A DNA stretch of 63,701 nucleotides, filler included, from Reclinomonas americana ATCC 50394 (Eukaryota): NCBI GenBank assembly GCA_048213135.1. It is 15 parts of 15 records of this genome, joined end to end, with 100 filler letters (N's around TTAATTAATTAA, not from the genome) between each part and the next. Parts side by side here need not be neighbours in the genome. Positions count along the whole stretch, not along the records: positions 10,502 to 31,392 come from AFZH01020180.1; 14 more parts are not named here. One strand, 5' to 3'. The position numbers and the translations under genes are program-made. Below are positions 10,964 to 22,900 of this stretch, in pieces. Within the stretch, counting starts at the first letter, position 1. Each line of letters begins with the position of its first letter. The notes beneath the pieces were generated by a model, which was not told the DNA's origin, did no database searches, and worked only from the letters and a program-made list of their open reading frames with translations.

Positions 10964-13900
10964 TTAGGTCATCTGGAAGTCCAGACGTGTGAACTCGATC
11001 AGCGGCTGCTTAAGCGTTGGGATCAGGCCTGAGAAGATCTGGACGCCGAAGCTTAAGAAGGCCGCGTTGGTGGGGGCTGGAGCATGGGTGGTCAGCCAGT
11101 CGTCGACGGCGGCGCTGGTGTTGGCCGGCATGGCTGGATCATAGGGTGCGGTGGGGCGGAAGAACATTGGAGTGGTGGAGACCAAATCGTTCGCTGAAAG
11201 CCGACCGCCTTGCGCGGCGCTGGCCAGCACGAACCCGTAGTCGCCCGTCATCCGTTGCTCGGTCAGGGTGCTGGCCGGCGTGGGACCCAGGAGATCGGTG
11301 AACAGGGTCGAGAGCGCCGTAGGAAGGGCGCTAGGCGGACCGCCGCCAAAGAGCAGTGAGCGGTCAAGCCGTAGGCTCGGGGTGGCCAGGTTGGCGAAGG
11401 TCAGTTGGGCTGTCTGGAAGACGAAGCGGCTATTGGTGGCCTTGCCCGGCGTCAGGTTCTGGTTACGGCTGACCGACACCGCCGCGCGGGCGTTCTGATA
11501 GGTCACCACATTGAGCGCCTCGTACCAGATCACATAGGTGCGTCGGCCGTCCTCAGGCACATCCTCCTTAAAGCCATAGGAGAGGGCGGTGGGGATAGGG
11601 CCGACGGGCGGCGTGGGCCGGTCGAGCGGGCGCAGCACGCCCTCGGCGTCGAGATAGCCCAACCATGGGGTCTGGCCCTCGGGGCCCCAGCTGTTCGTGC
11701 CTTGGGCGCGGATCAGCACAAGGGCGTCTAGCAGGGGGACGCCCTGCGGACCGGGCCGGGTTCGCGTCTGCAGATCGAAGCCGTAGTAGATGCTGGGCGT
11801 CAGGCCATCGCCAGCGTCAGCCTCCAGGTCGGGCGGACCCGCTTGGACGAAGCCCCAGTTGCTGGCGATCTTGTCGGCCAGATCGGCCAGGGCGGCCATC
11901 GCCGAGATCGCCGCCGGCGCGCTCGCCGTGGCCGGTTGGATCAGCAGCCCCAGGTCGGCTTTGATGGCCGCGGCGTTGGTCGCGTACTCCGCCAGGGCCT
12001 CGAACGGATCGGCCTCGACGGCGAAGTCGTCGATGTTCGTCGTAGGACGATAGTTGAGGCCGACGCCGATCTGAGCGGTGTCCTGGGCCGCGAGGGTCAT
12101 TTCGAAGGCGGCCGAATAGGTCCAGGCCTGGGCCTTACTGATCTGCTCTGCGACCGGATCGGTGGCCGGGATCTCGACAGACCGGTAGCTGGGTCGCGCG
12201 CTCTGATAGGCGAGGCGCGGCGTGGCCGGATAGGCACGCAGGGGGATGGGGACATCCAGCTGGCCGATATGCGTGTCGAGCACCGCGCCGCCCAGGCCGG
12301 CGGGCGTTGAGGGCAACGGATTGACGAAGCTCAGCCAGCGCGAGCTCTCGTAACCAGCGACATAGTCGGCCGGCGCGATCTCGTACTCCAGTGCTCCGAC
12401 CTCGTAGGTGAGGTTGAGGAACAGGCGACGATAGCGAGCCTTGTTCTTGACGTTCAGCAACAGGGTGAGGGCGCCGTCGGCGGCGTCGAGACTGATTTTC
12501 CCGGGCGTGAGGCTGTATTCAGGCGTCCAGCGGACGACGCGCAGCACGCTGCCTTGGGTCAGCACCGCCTGGTTGGCGAGCAGCGCCGCCAGAGCGCCGA
12601 CGGTCAGGTCTTGGCTCTGGGCTAGCCCAGACAGGCTTGAGGTCTCGGCGGTGATGACCACCGGGGTCGCGCCGACATAGACCGTGCCAGTCAGAAGCCC
12701 GGTAAGGTCCTGGTTGGCCAGGGCCAGGAACCGCAGGCTGACGTCGAGGGTGTCGGCCACGCTGGCCAGGCTGTCGCCGAAGCCGCTAGCGGCCGAGTAG
12801 CCGTCGATGGTCAGCTGCACGCCGTCGCGGAACAGCGGCTCCTGGTCCTTGAAGGCTGCGGCGAAGGCCTCGGGCGTCGCGGAAAGGGTCTCACGGCCGG
12901 TCTGGAGACTGTCGTGCTCGCCGATCGTCCAGGTCTTGCCATCGAGGTTCAGCACCACGCCGGGCTGCAGGATATTGGGCGTGGCCGACAGCAGGTCAAA
13001 GACGCCGTCGACCGAGATCGCATAGTCGTCGGCCAGGCCCTGCAAGGTAGTGGCGGACGAGAGCGGCTTGAGCGCCGAGCTGGTCTTGCCGGCCAGACGG
13101 TGGCCGCCGCTGTCGAGCTCGCCCGCGCCGAACTGGGTCTGGACCTTGGTCGGGACCTGGATCACCGCGTCGGTCGCATAGCCGGTCGAGAGGTTGACGC
13201 TGAGCAGTCCGCTCATCGCCTTGCGGGCGGCGGCCAGGTCGTTGGCCGCGTCGCCGCTCTCGATCGGCGTCAGCTGATCGGCGATCTTGCCGGCCAGGCT
13301 GGCCTTGGCCGCCAGCAGGGTGTCGAAGTCTTCCGAACCGCCGCCGGACCCGGCGGTGGCGCCATAGCCGGCCGAGGCGTAAGGCGGCGACAGGGCCAGC
13401 TCCAGGGTGGCCAGAAAGTCGATCACCCAGTCGCCGACATCCACCGACTGGAAGCGCAACTGATCGGTGGTGGAGGTGAAGGGCGGCGCGCCGCCGGAGA
13501 TATAGGTGCGCACGTCGGCCGGGCGCGAGACCAGGCTGTTGGCAAGGGGCGGCAAACCCAGGAAGCTGGCGCCGTCCTCCAGCTGGACCTTGCGGATGGC
13601 GTTGACGGTGGTCGGCGTCTGGGTCGGCGCATCGAACCGTAGCACATATTGCCGTTGATCGCCCGGGCCGCCGCGTCCCGAGACGCCAGCCGCCAGCGCG
13701 CCGCCGTAGAGATCGGCCAGGGCGGCGGCGAAGGTGGTCAGGGTGGCCGGAACGCCGTCTGACAGCGGTGCGATCGGTGTGGTCGCCACGCGGACGGAGA
13801 GGACGTCGACGAAGGCGGTGTCGATCTCGTCCTCTGGCCGGCTGAGGGTCAGGCTGGTCTCCAGGCGCGAGATCACGTCGCTGACCGCCGGCGTGGACGG

Positions 13901-16900
13901 TAGCGGCGCGCTCAGGATGGCGGGCGGCGGCGGGAGCAGGACCTTGGTGGTCGGCGAGACGATGGGCTGGTCGAGCAGGGCCGTGAGCATGGCGTCATAG
14001 GCCAGCGGCGCCGCCAGCACCGCGTTCACCGCGCCAAGAAGGTTGGCGAGCGTCTGGTCGGGACCGACGGTGAAATCCTGTCCGGCCAGGGTGAAGGCCG
14101 CGCCGGTCTTCAGGAACCCAAGGAGGGCTGCGTTGGACTTGGCCAACCGCACGCCGTCCTGGGCGGTCAGGAAAGCGCTGGCCAGGGCGTTGAGGGACAG
14201 GGCCGGGCCGGCGCCGGCGGCGCTGGCGCTCGGCGCGGGGCAGATCAAGGCCGCGCCGGGCGCCATCAGTCCGACCTGATCGGCGATGACCGCGATCAGC
14301 GCCGCTAGGCTAGGCTGGGCGCCAGCCGGGAACTTGCCAATCAGGGTGGCGATCGAGTCCTCGTCGTCGGTGACGACCGAGGCCGAGCCCACCGTCACCG
14401 TCTGACCTGGAACAAAGACGCCCGGTAGGGTCTCATCCTGTTCACCCAGGACGAGGGCCGAAACGCCGAACAGGGCGGCGATCTGGCCGAAGGTCTTGCC
14501 GGCCTGAACACCGTAGGGTGTCGCGGCGAGGGTGGTGGGGTCCAGCTGGGCCGGGACCAGCCATACGGTCTTATCCTTCAGCGCCGTCTGGGCGTTGGCC
14601 ACGGCGAAGTCGGCAAGGCTAACCCCGCTGGTTTGGGCCAGGTAGCGCCGCAGGCTGTCGACCGGGGGCGGGGCGAGCGTCTGGCCGATGCGCAGGCGGT
14701 TATCCTGGGCCAGGAGTCCTGGCAGGTCGCCATTGAGGGTGATGAATTGGTCAAGGTCGGTGAAGAGGCTGGCCACGACCGCCGCGACCGTGGTCGTGGC
14801 GGCCGCCAGCCGGCGATCATAGGTCAGGCTGGTATGGTCTTGGCTCAGCGCCAACAGGCCGGGAAGGTTCTGGTTGGCGACGCCGATCTCCTCGACATTG
14901 GTGGTGATCCCAAGCTTTGCGAAATCGCCCACCAGACTGGTGAAGCTGGCGTTCTGGCCCGAGGTCAAGATGACGCCGCGCACGGAGAGGGTCAGGCCTT
15001 CGCCGATCAGGCCGGCGACGTCCTTGTTGGCGCGGGCCAGGTCCCCGGCCGTGCATTGTAGAGCCGAAGCGTAGCCGGCCAGGGTCTGGTCCGGGGTCAA
15101 AGGCGCCTCGCCGGCGGCGATGACCAGATCAACGCCCGCAGGGATGCGCGCGACCTGGGCGTTGGCCCATTGGCTGAGCAGGCGGTCGGCGGTCAGCCCG
15201 ACGCGGGCGGCGAAAGCGTTGAGCGTCTCGTTGTGCTTGACCTGGGCGAAGAGCGGCGTGGTCACCTCGCCGCTGAACAGGGCGTCGACCGGACGATCGA
15301 GATTGTCGCGCAGCAGGTCCTCGGCCGTGGCGCTGGTCGCCCCGGCCATGCCGGCCAGGGTCTGGGGCGCGGCCACGACGTGGGTCTTGATCGACAGGCC
15401 CGCCAGCTGGCTGGTGTAGACATAGGCCGCCGAGAGATAGCCGATCAGCGGCGCGAGCGGCGGCTCCAGCGGCGTTGTCGACAGCGTGGTGTCGACCTGT
15501 AACCTTATCTGCGGTCGACGGATCTGGTAGAAGGCCTGGCGGAACTTCTGGGCGTGGGCGCTGGCCGAGGACAGCGCCTTGGCCGAGGAAACCTGGGGGG
15601 CGGGCAGGTAGGTGTTGGCCTGCAGTGTCCCGTCGATCTCCAGGCGCCCGTTCGGGGCCGTTCCGACCGGGCGATAGGACCAGCTGGAGCCGGGCCAATC
15701 GCCGATACCGGCCAGGCGGTCGGTGTAGAGGTTGTCGATCGGCTGTCCGATGATCGGGTCGGTGACGATCGCCTGATTGCCGAACACGTCATGCGCCGCG
15801 AAGCTCAAGGTCACGGCGCTGTTGGGTGAGACCCCGGCATAGGGGTCGCCGGCCTGGGAAGGCAGCCAGGGATTGCTTTGCGCGACCAGCCCAGAGGCCG
15901 TAGCACGGGGATAGACGGTCAGGGACTGGCGGTAGACGACCGTTGCGCCGACGCCGTCGTCGTCGCCATCCTCGGGCGAGGGGCCCTGTGGCACGGCCGC
16001 GTTGCTGGCCGCATAGCCGCCCTCCGCGCCGATCTGGTAGCCGATCAGGCCATAGAGCATGCCGGCCATCTGGTCCGGCGTCGGATCACCTTCGACCGGG
16101 GCTGGATCGGTCCGGCGGATCTCAAAGCCCACCGTACCGGTCGGGTTGACCGCCACCCGGGTCGTCGGAGCGTCGGCCCCGGTCTGTTCGGCGAAGAGCT
16201 GGACGGCCGAGGCGTCGATATTGCCGCCGACGACGGCGATGTTGTTGAGCGCCAGCAGCGGCCCGCCGGCCACTCCGGTCTGGCTGGAGAGCAGGCAGAC
16301 CACCTGAAGGCTGCCCTTGCCGGCCTCGTCGAACACGAAGTCGGGCAGGCCCGCGCCCCCGGCGTCGTAGCGCAGATAGAAACCGCCTTCGACGACCACC
16401 GAGGCCTGCCAGAGCAGGCAGAGGAAATCGAGGGCGTCGCCCACCGGGGCGCTGTAGGTCGCCGCCGACGGCGGCTGCACCCGCGGCGCGGCGTCTTCGG
16501 GGCCCGCGAGATCGGGCGGGCGCGTCACCGTCGAAAGATTGGTCTTCAGCAGCACCGTCTTGGTCAGGTCGAGCGCGTCGGAGGCGTAGCCTTGCGGCGC
16601 CTCGCCCGCGCCGCTTGGCGTGTAGAGCAGATAGAGCGCGCCGCTGTCGCCGCCGGCCAGGTGCGTCCACAGATCGTAGAGCCGCTGGGCGTCCTCGCCG
16701 CTGGCGCCCCTGACCAGATAGAGGCCGTCGAGCCAGGCGCCGCCCAGTACCGAGCCGTCCTGAGGCGTGGCCGTGTCGCCCGGGTCGTTGGGGTCGGCCA
16801 CGCGGCTGAGCGCGATGGGGATCTGCACGGCCCAGGCATAGGAGCCGACGGGGGTCTCGGCGGTGTCGGGGGGCGCCGAAAGCGGGAGGGTGGCCAAGCC

Positions 16901-19900
16901 GAAGGGCAGGTCGCCGCCGTCGCTGACCAGCCGCTGCAGATTGGCCGGCAAGGGCCACAGGCTGGGCTCGCCCGGCGCGGCGCTGGGGCTGGCTCCCGGA
17001 AGGGTCGGGCGGCTGGCCGCCTGCCAGTGCTGGGTGACCTGGAAGTTGTGGCGGACCGGGGTCTCGTCGAAATTGACCGCCGCTGTCGGGGTCTGGGCGT
17101 TCAGGGTGACGGTGGTCGACGGCAGATAGCGGGCGAAGCTGGCCGTATCGATCGTGAGATCGATCTGCGAGACCGCGTCCGTAGCCAGGATCAAGCCGGG
17201 CCGGATCGCGCCGCCGGTCCGAAGGCGCGGATTGAGGGCCTGGAGACCGGGTGCGGCGGGGTCGGTGGTCTCATCGACCACCAAGGTGTCGACATAGCTT
17301 AGCCAGTCGACATCGGCGTGGGTCAGGCTGACCGTGACCGGGATACTGGTGTCGGGCCAGGCGAACTGCTGACCGACCTGGTCGGCCATGCCGTAGAGGT
17401 CGCCGGTGAAATCGCCGTCGAGCACCTGCTGGGGCGTCAGGCTGGTGAAGCTGGCGTCGCTGGGCGCGGGCGTGCGCAGGCCGTGGGCCAGGAAGTTGGA
17501 CACCTGGTTGGCGACGTCATTGAGCGCGGCGGTGGTCTTCAGGTGGGTGACGAACTGATCGACGGTCTGGGACGGCACGTCGCGGATCGTCAGGATCGTT
17601 CCGGCTTCGAAGAGGTCGTCCTGGTCCTCGACGACATCGACAAGGTCGGCCAGGGAAAGATCATAGGCGCTGGCCAGCAGGGCCAGGGTCTGGTTGGCCG
17701 GCGGCTTGGCGGTGAAGGTCGGCAACCGGACGATGGCCAGCGGGGTCAGCACCGCAGCGGCGGTGTTGGCGGCGATCAGCGCCGAGCTCGCCAGCCCCGG
17801 GAAGGCCTGGGTCAGGCTGTCGAAAGTGTCGGTCGAGGCGATGACATGGGTCATGGCCGGGATCGTCGTGGGCGCGGTCACCGGTGGATTGACGCTGTTG
17901 TCCATCGCCTGGAAACGGGCAAGAGCCGCAGCGATCAAGGCCAGGGTGTCGCCCGGGTGGACGGCGTAGGTCGCGGTGGTCTCCGTGGTGTCGAGATAGG
18001 CGCGCGGGATGACCAGGGCCGGCGACTGCGGCGTGATGCTGGTCCAGTCGACATGGGGGTTGAGGGTGGAGATCGCTTGCTCGTACCAGTCCAGGTTCGG
18101 CGCGCCGGCCAGACCTTCGTTGCGGGTCTGGAAGAAGGCGGTGAGGAAGTTCTGCGTGTCGCCGGCACAGGGTTTGTAGGTGAAGCTGGGGATCGCGAGG
18201 CTGGCGCCCTGCCGCAGCAGGCCTTCGCGCCCGGCGTTCTCCGCGCCGATCGCCGCGCCGGTCAGCGGGGCGGCCGGATCGATATAGGGAAGGGCCTGGG
18301 CGATGCCGTCCAGGGTCTGGTTGGCGCGCACCTGATAGGCCAGGGCTTCGAAGTCCAGCGACAGGTTGGCCGAGAGCTTGGCGTCGGGATTGTCCTCGGC
18401 GATCGACAGCGGCGTCACGCCGACGGCCACCGTCACTGGCTCGTCGTCTCGAGGCTGGACGAGTTTGGCCGGGTGATGGCCGGCGGCCAGCGCTAGATCA
18501 AGAGGCGTCTGCCCCCTGGCCAAGCCCAGCGGCGCGCGCAGCGGGTCGAACTGGCCGGCCAGCGTCGTGAGGCTGGGGCCGCCAGCCTCCGTATAGTCGA
18601 TCCCATAGGCCTGCAGCCAGGCGATGGCCGATTGCAGGGCCGCCTGGGTCAGCAGCACGAAATACTCGCTGAACACCAGCTCGGCGAGGCTGGCTGTGGT
18701 GACCGGATCGGGGGCGGACCGGGACGACAGGCTCTCGTCGTCCAGGCCGGGAGGCTTGCCGGCCTGACTGGTGGCGTTGGTAAGCAGCTGCTGGAAATAG
18801 GCCGACAGGTTGGCCGCATAGGCCGGGCTGACCGGATTGTAGGTCGAGAAGTCGCGCGGGGTGACCACGCCGCCTTGGGTCACCGTGGCGCTGATCGCCG
18901 GGATGAAGGGCACAAACACGCCGCTGGTGTTGCCGGCGGGCGTGTCGCCCGTCGGATAGGCGGCGACCTCGAAGTGCAGGCTGTCGCTGAGGAACTGGCT
19001 CAGGTGCGCATAGCCGAAGGTGGCCTGCTGGAAGGCCGGATCGGTCAACTCCTTGAGGAGGTCCTCCAGGGCCAGGAGGCTCAAGGCCTCGTGGCCCGCC
19101 TTGCCGCCTCCGGCTTGCGCCGCCCAGCGGAAGAAGGCCTCCACCATGGTCGCCAGGGCCGGGTCGCCGTCTTCGTCGAGATAGTGGACGTGGTCGAGGG
19201 TGAACCGGCGCGCAGCGGTGTGACCGTGCACGTCGGGATCGCCTGCGCCCTCGGCCACGAGGCCCAGGACGATCTGCATCTGGTTGCCGACAGGATCGTC
19301 CTCAGGCGCGTCCCTGGGGACCGCCCGAGCCAGGGCCTGGCTCTCCGGGTGCAGGCTCGCCGGGTCGGCGATGGTGAACATCGGCGCGAACTGGAGGCGG
19401 GCGGGTTTGGCCTGCCCCTCACCGAACACCGGCAGGGCCGGCCAGGCGTCGATTTCCAGATCAAGGCCCGCCAGGTTGGGTCGTGAACGACGCAGATCGG
19501 CCGTGCGCGCCCAGTGCAGGCTGCGATAGGCGGGGTTCTCGGTCAGGCCGGGCAGGCGATGGCGCGCATGGCGCAGACGTGTCCAGCGGGTGCTCGGGCG
19601 CTGGCTTCGCTGTTGGCGCAGGCGCGGCCTCGCGCCGTCGGGACCAGCCAGGGCGTCGGCGAGGCTCTGACGCGGGATCAGGCGCAGGCTGCTGGTTCCC
19701 TCGATCCAGGCCGGGGTCGAGGCCGAACCGATGGTGAAGCTCTCCTCGATCGTCAGGTTGAAGCTGAAATGGATGGTGATGAACAGCACCTTGACCTTGG
19801 CCTTGGCGGTCACCTCCAGCTTCAGGTCGATCTGGGTGGGCTGATGGGCCTCGAGCACGAAGCTGGCCGTGGCCCGCGCCACGATGGCCACCTCGGCCTT

Positions 19901-22900
19901 GATGATCACGAAGTCGACGCTGCCATAGAGCTGGCCGACGATGCCGGCAGCGCCCTGGATCCAGTAATAGGTGTCGGTCCCGGTGGCGCGGTCATAGGGG
20001 GTGAAGGGCGCATAGACGCCCTCGAAGACGCCGAACACCTCGACCTTCAGGCCCGCCTTCAGCGGACCGGCCTGGAAATCCTTGCCCAGGCCCACGGCCA
20101 GGCCCAGGCCCGCCTCGATCACGGGGCTGAACTCGCCGTTGGTCGCCAGCGGCACGCGCTCGGAGGTCGCGCCCGTCAGATAGGCGAAATAGAAGCCGCC
20201 CTCGCCGACAAACGGGAAGACCTCGACGGCGAAGGACAACGAGAAATCCTGATTGTGCGGGAAGCCCAGGTCGATCCGGAAATTGCCGTTGGTGTAGATA
20301 TCGAGATGGATCATCCCGAGGGTGACGCTGACGGCTCCAAACTCCAGGTGCCGGAACATGTCGGGCACGCGCAGATCGACCGACAGCTCGCCGATGTCAT
20401 CGGTGATCTTGCGGTAGAGCAACTCGAACCGCAGCCCCGCCAGCGGCCCCGCGCGCGGACCCGCCAGGGCGATCAGGCCGCCATAGATGATCGGATCGAA
20501 GAACACCGCCTGCAGGGTGACGGTGTCGAGGATCGTGGCGTCCAGGCCAAACATCCAGTTGGCGTTGCCGTCATAGCGCAGGCCCACGGCATTGGGATCG
20601 CTGAGCGGATTGCCGCCGCCCGACACCGGCCGCACGCTGGCCTTCAAGGCCTCGATGATGTCCTCGACCGTCTTCAGCTGGGCGACCGGAGTGGGCAGCA
20701 CCACGTGTTGGCCCATGCCGACATAGCGCAGGTCGATCAGGCTGGGACCCTTGCCCGGTACGTCGGGAGCGGGGTCGTTGAGCACGTCCCAGGACAGCGG
20801 CTCGCCGTCATCGTCGCCGAACGGCTGGCCCAGGAACTCGCCGGTCAGCTCGATATAGACCCGGCCCTCGCCGTTGACGTTCTTGTAGAGGAGCTTGATG
20901 GCCGTGAACTGGGCGAAGGTCAGGTCCAGGTTCAGCGCGTAGCTGATCTCGATGTCGTTGGTGGTCAGATTGACCTCCAGCGACAGGTTCTTGAAGTTGA
21001 TCTGGTAGAGCACGTCCCAAGGCGAGGAGAGGCGGCGGCTCTCGCCCGGCAGGGCCAGGTTGATCAGATATTCCAGGATCTCGCCGAACGACAGGTCGCC
21101 CAGGCGGATCGTCAGGATCGTCTCCTGGACCTGGGTCTTTATGTTGGGGCGCTGGGTCAGCGTCGCCTGGATGCTGCGGTTGTTGTACCAGATACCGAAG
21201 GTCAGGGCCGAGTTGGCGGGCGAGAAGCGATAGCCAGCCGAGATCAGCAGATCGTACAGGCTGAACGTTCCCTCGACCGCGCCGGAGATCGTCCATGGCG
21301 TGTCGTCGTCGACGAGCGAGAGCGGGACGAGCGGAACGCGGCCCGCGCGCGTGGTCTCGGCGATGGGGCCTAGGCGGGGGACCAGGAGGGCTCCGGTCTG
21401 GCGATCGCCGCGCAGCGACAAGCCGGCGCTCATCTGGAAGGGCAGGCTGGTGTCGAACACCGAGAACGTCCAGGCCGCCGACATGCCGCCGTCGAAGGTG
21501 TAGGCGATCGGGGTGTTGTCGGCGTCGGTCGACAGGGTGGCGTTCAGCCGGTCGATGACCAGGCTGGGCACGCCATAGGCTCCGCCGGGGATGTCGCCCT
21601 TGGGATACATGAAGCCCAGTAGGAGGTCGGTGACGCTCAGCGAACTGCCGCCGACCAGGCCGCCGGCGAAGCCCCAGCCGGCCCCGTCGCCGGGCGAGGC
21701 GGCGGTGAAGAAGAACCGACCCTCATTGACGCTGGCATAGGCCGTCAGCGTCCCTTGCAGCAGCTGGCCGTCATATTCGATGTCGAAGCTGACGCCGTCG
21801 AAGCTCAGGGTGATCAGGGCGCCGCCATTGGCCTGCCCGAACGACACGCTCCAGTCGGTGAGGATGTCCGTGCCGAAGCCGAAGGTGCGGTCGAGGACGC
21901 CGACCGACATCTCCAACCGCGAGATCTCCATGGCGATCGGCGGGCGGTAGGTTTTGCCTGTCAGTTTCTGCATCACCGCCGCCATCAGCGCCTCGACCGA
22001 CACGGTGACGCCCGGCTGCAACTGGCTGGCCAGCACCCATTGGGGCACGCCCAGGGCCGCGACCATCGGGACTTCCTCGACGATGGTGAAGTGGGTGTAG
22101 AACGAGGCGGATGGGTAGGGCTGACCCTCCTCGAAGGCTACGGTCATCGCCACGCCGATGTCCTGCACGGTGAGGATGTCGTTGGGCAGGATCGCCCAGT
22201 CGCCGACCTCCATCGCCACGTCGAAGACGATCGCATCGACGTGCGGCAAGGCGCCCGTCTCGGCGAAATACAGCGACAGGGACAGGCCGCGCAGCATCAG
22301 ACGCGTGGCGGGTGGGAACTGGACCGGGATGAGGACCCCGAGGTCGACGCCGCCGGCCAGGGCGTCGAGTTCGGCCCAGGACGACATCGGCCGCGCGGCC
22401 TGGGACACAGCCAGGGTCTGGAACGGCCCCGCGGGCAGCACCGAGAGCGACAGGATCAACGGCGGACCCGGCGGGAAGGCCAGGGTGGCGATGACCTGGG
22501 CGCTGGAGAAGGCCGCCTTCAGCGTCGTCTTTAGGGGCTGGTCGGGATCGGAATAGGGCAGGATCTCGTAGACGCTCGAGAGCTTGACGCCGAACTCAAG
22601 GTCGACGCCAGCCAGGGTGACCTGGGCCGCGCCCGCCGGCTTGAGGTCGATCACCGGCATGGGGCCATCGCTCAGCGTGATCGGACCGGCCACGGTGCGG
22701 CTGGCGGGCGTTGGCAGCAAGGGCTGGACGATGGCGAAGGGTCCACTGGCCGCCAGGACGCCCTGGAAGTTGATGAACGGCGCCACGGTGTCCGGATAGT
22801 CGCTGACCGTGGTCGACTGGCTGGTCAGCAGGAAGAGGCCCTGTTCGAAGCTGACGTCGGCCAGCTCGGTGTCTTCAAGTCCCTCCAGGCTCGCGCCGAG

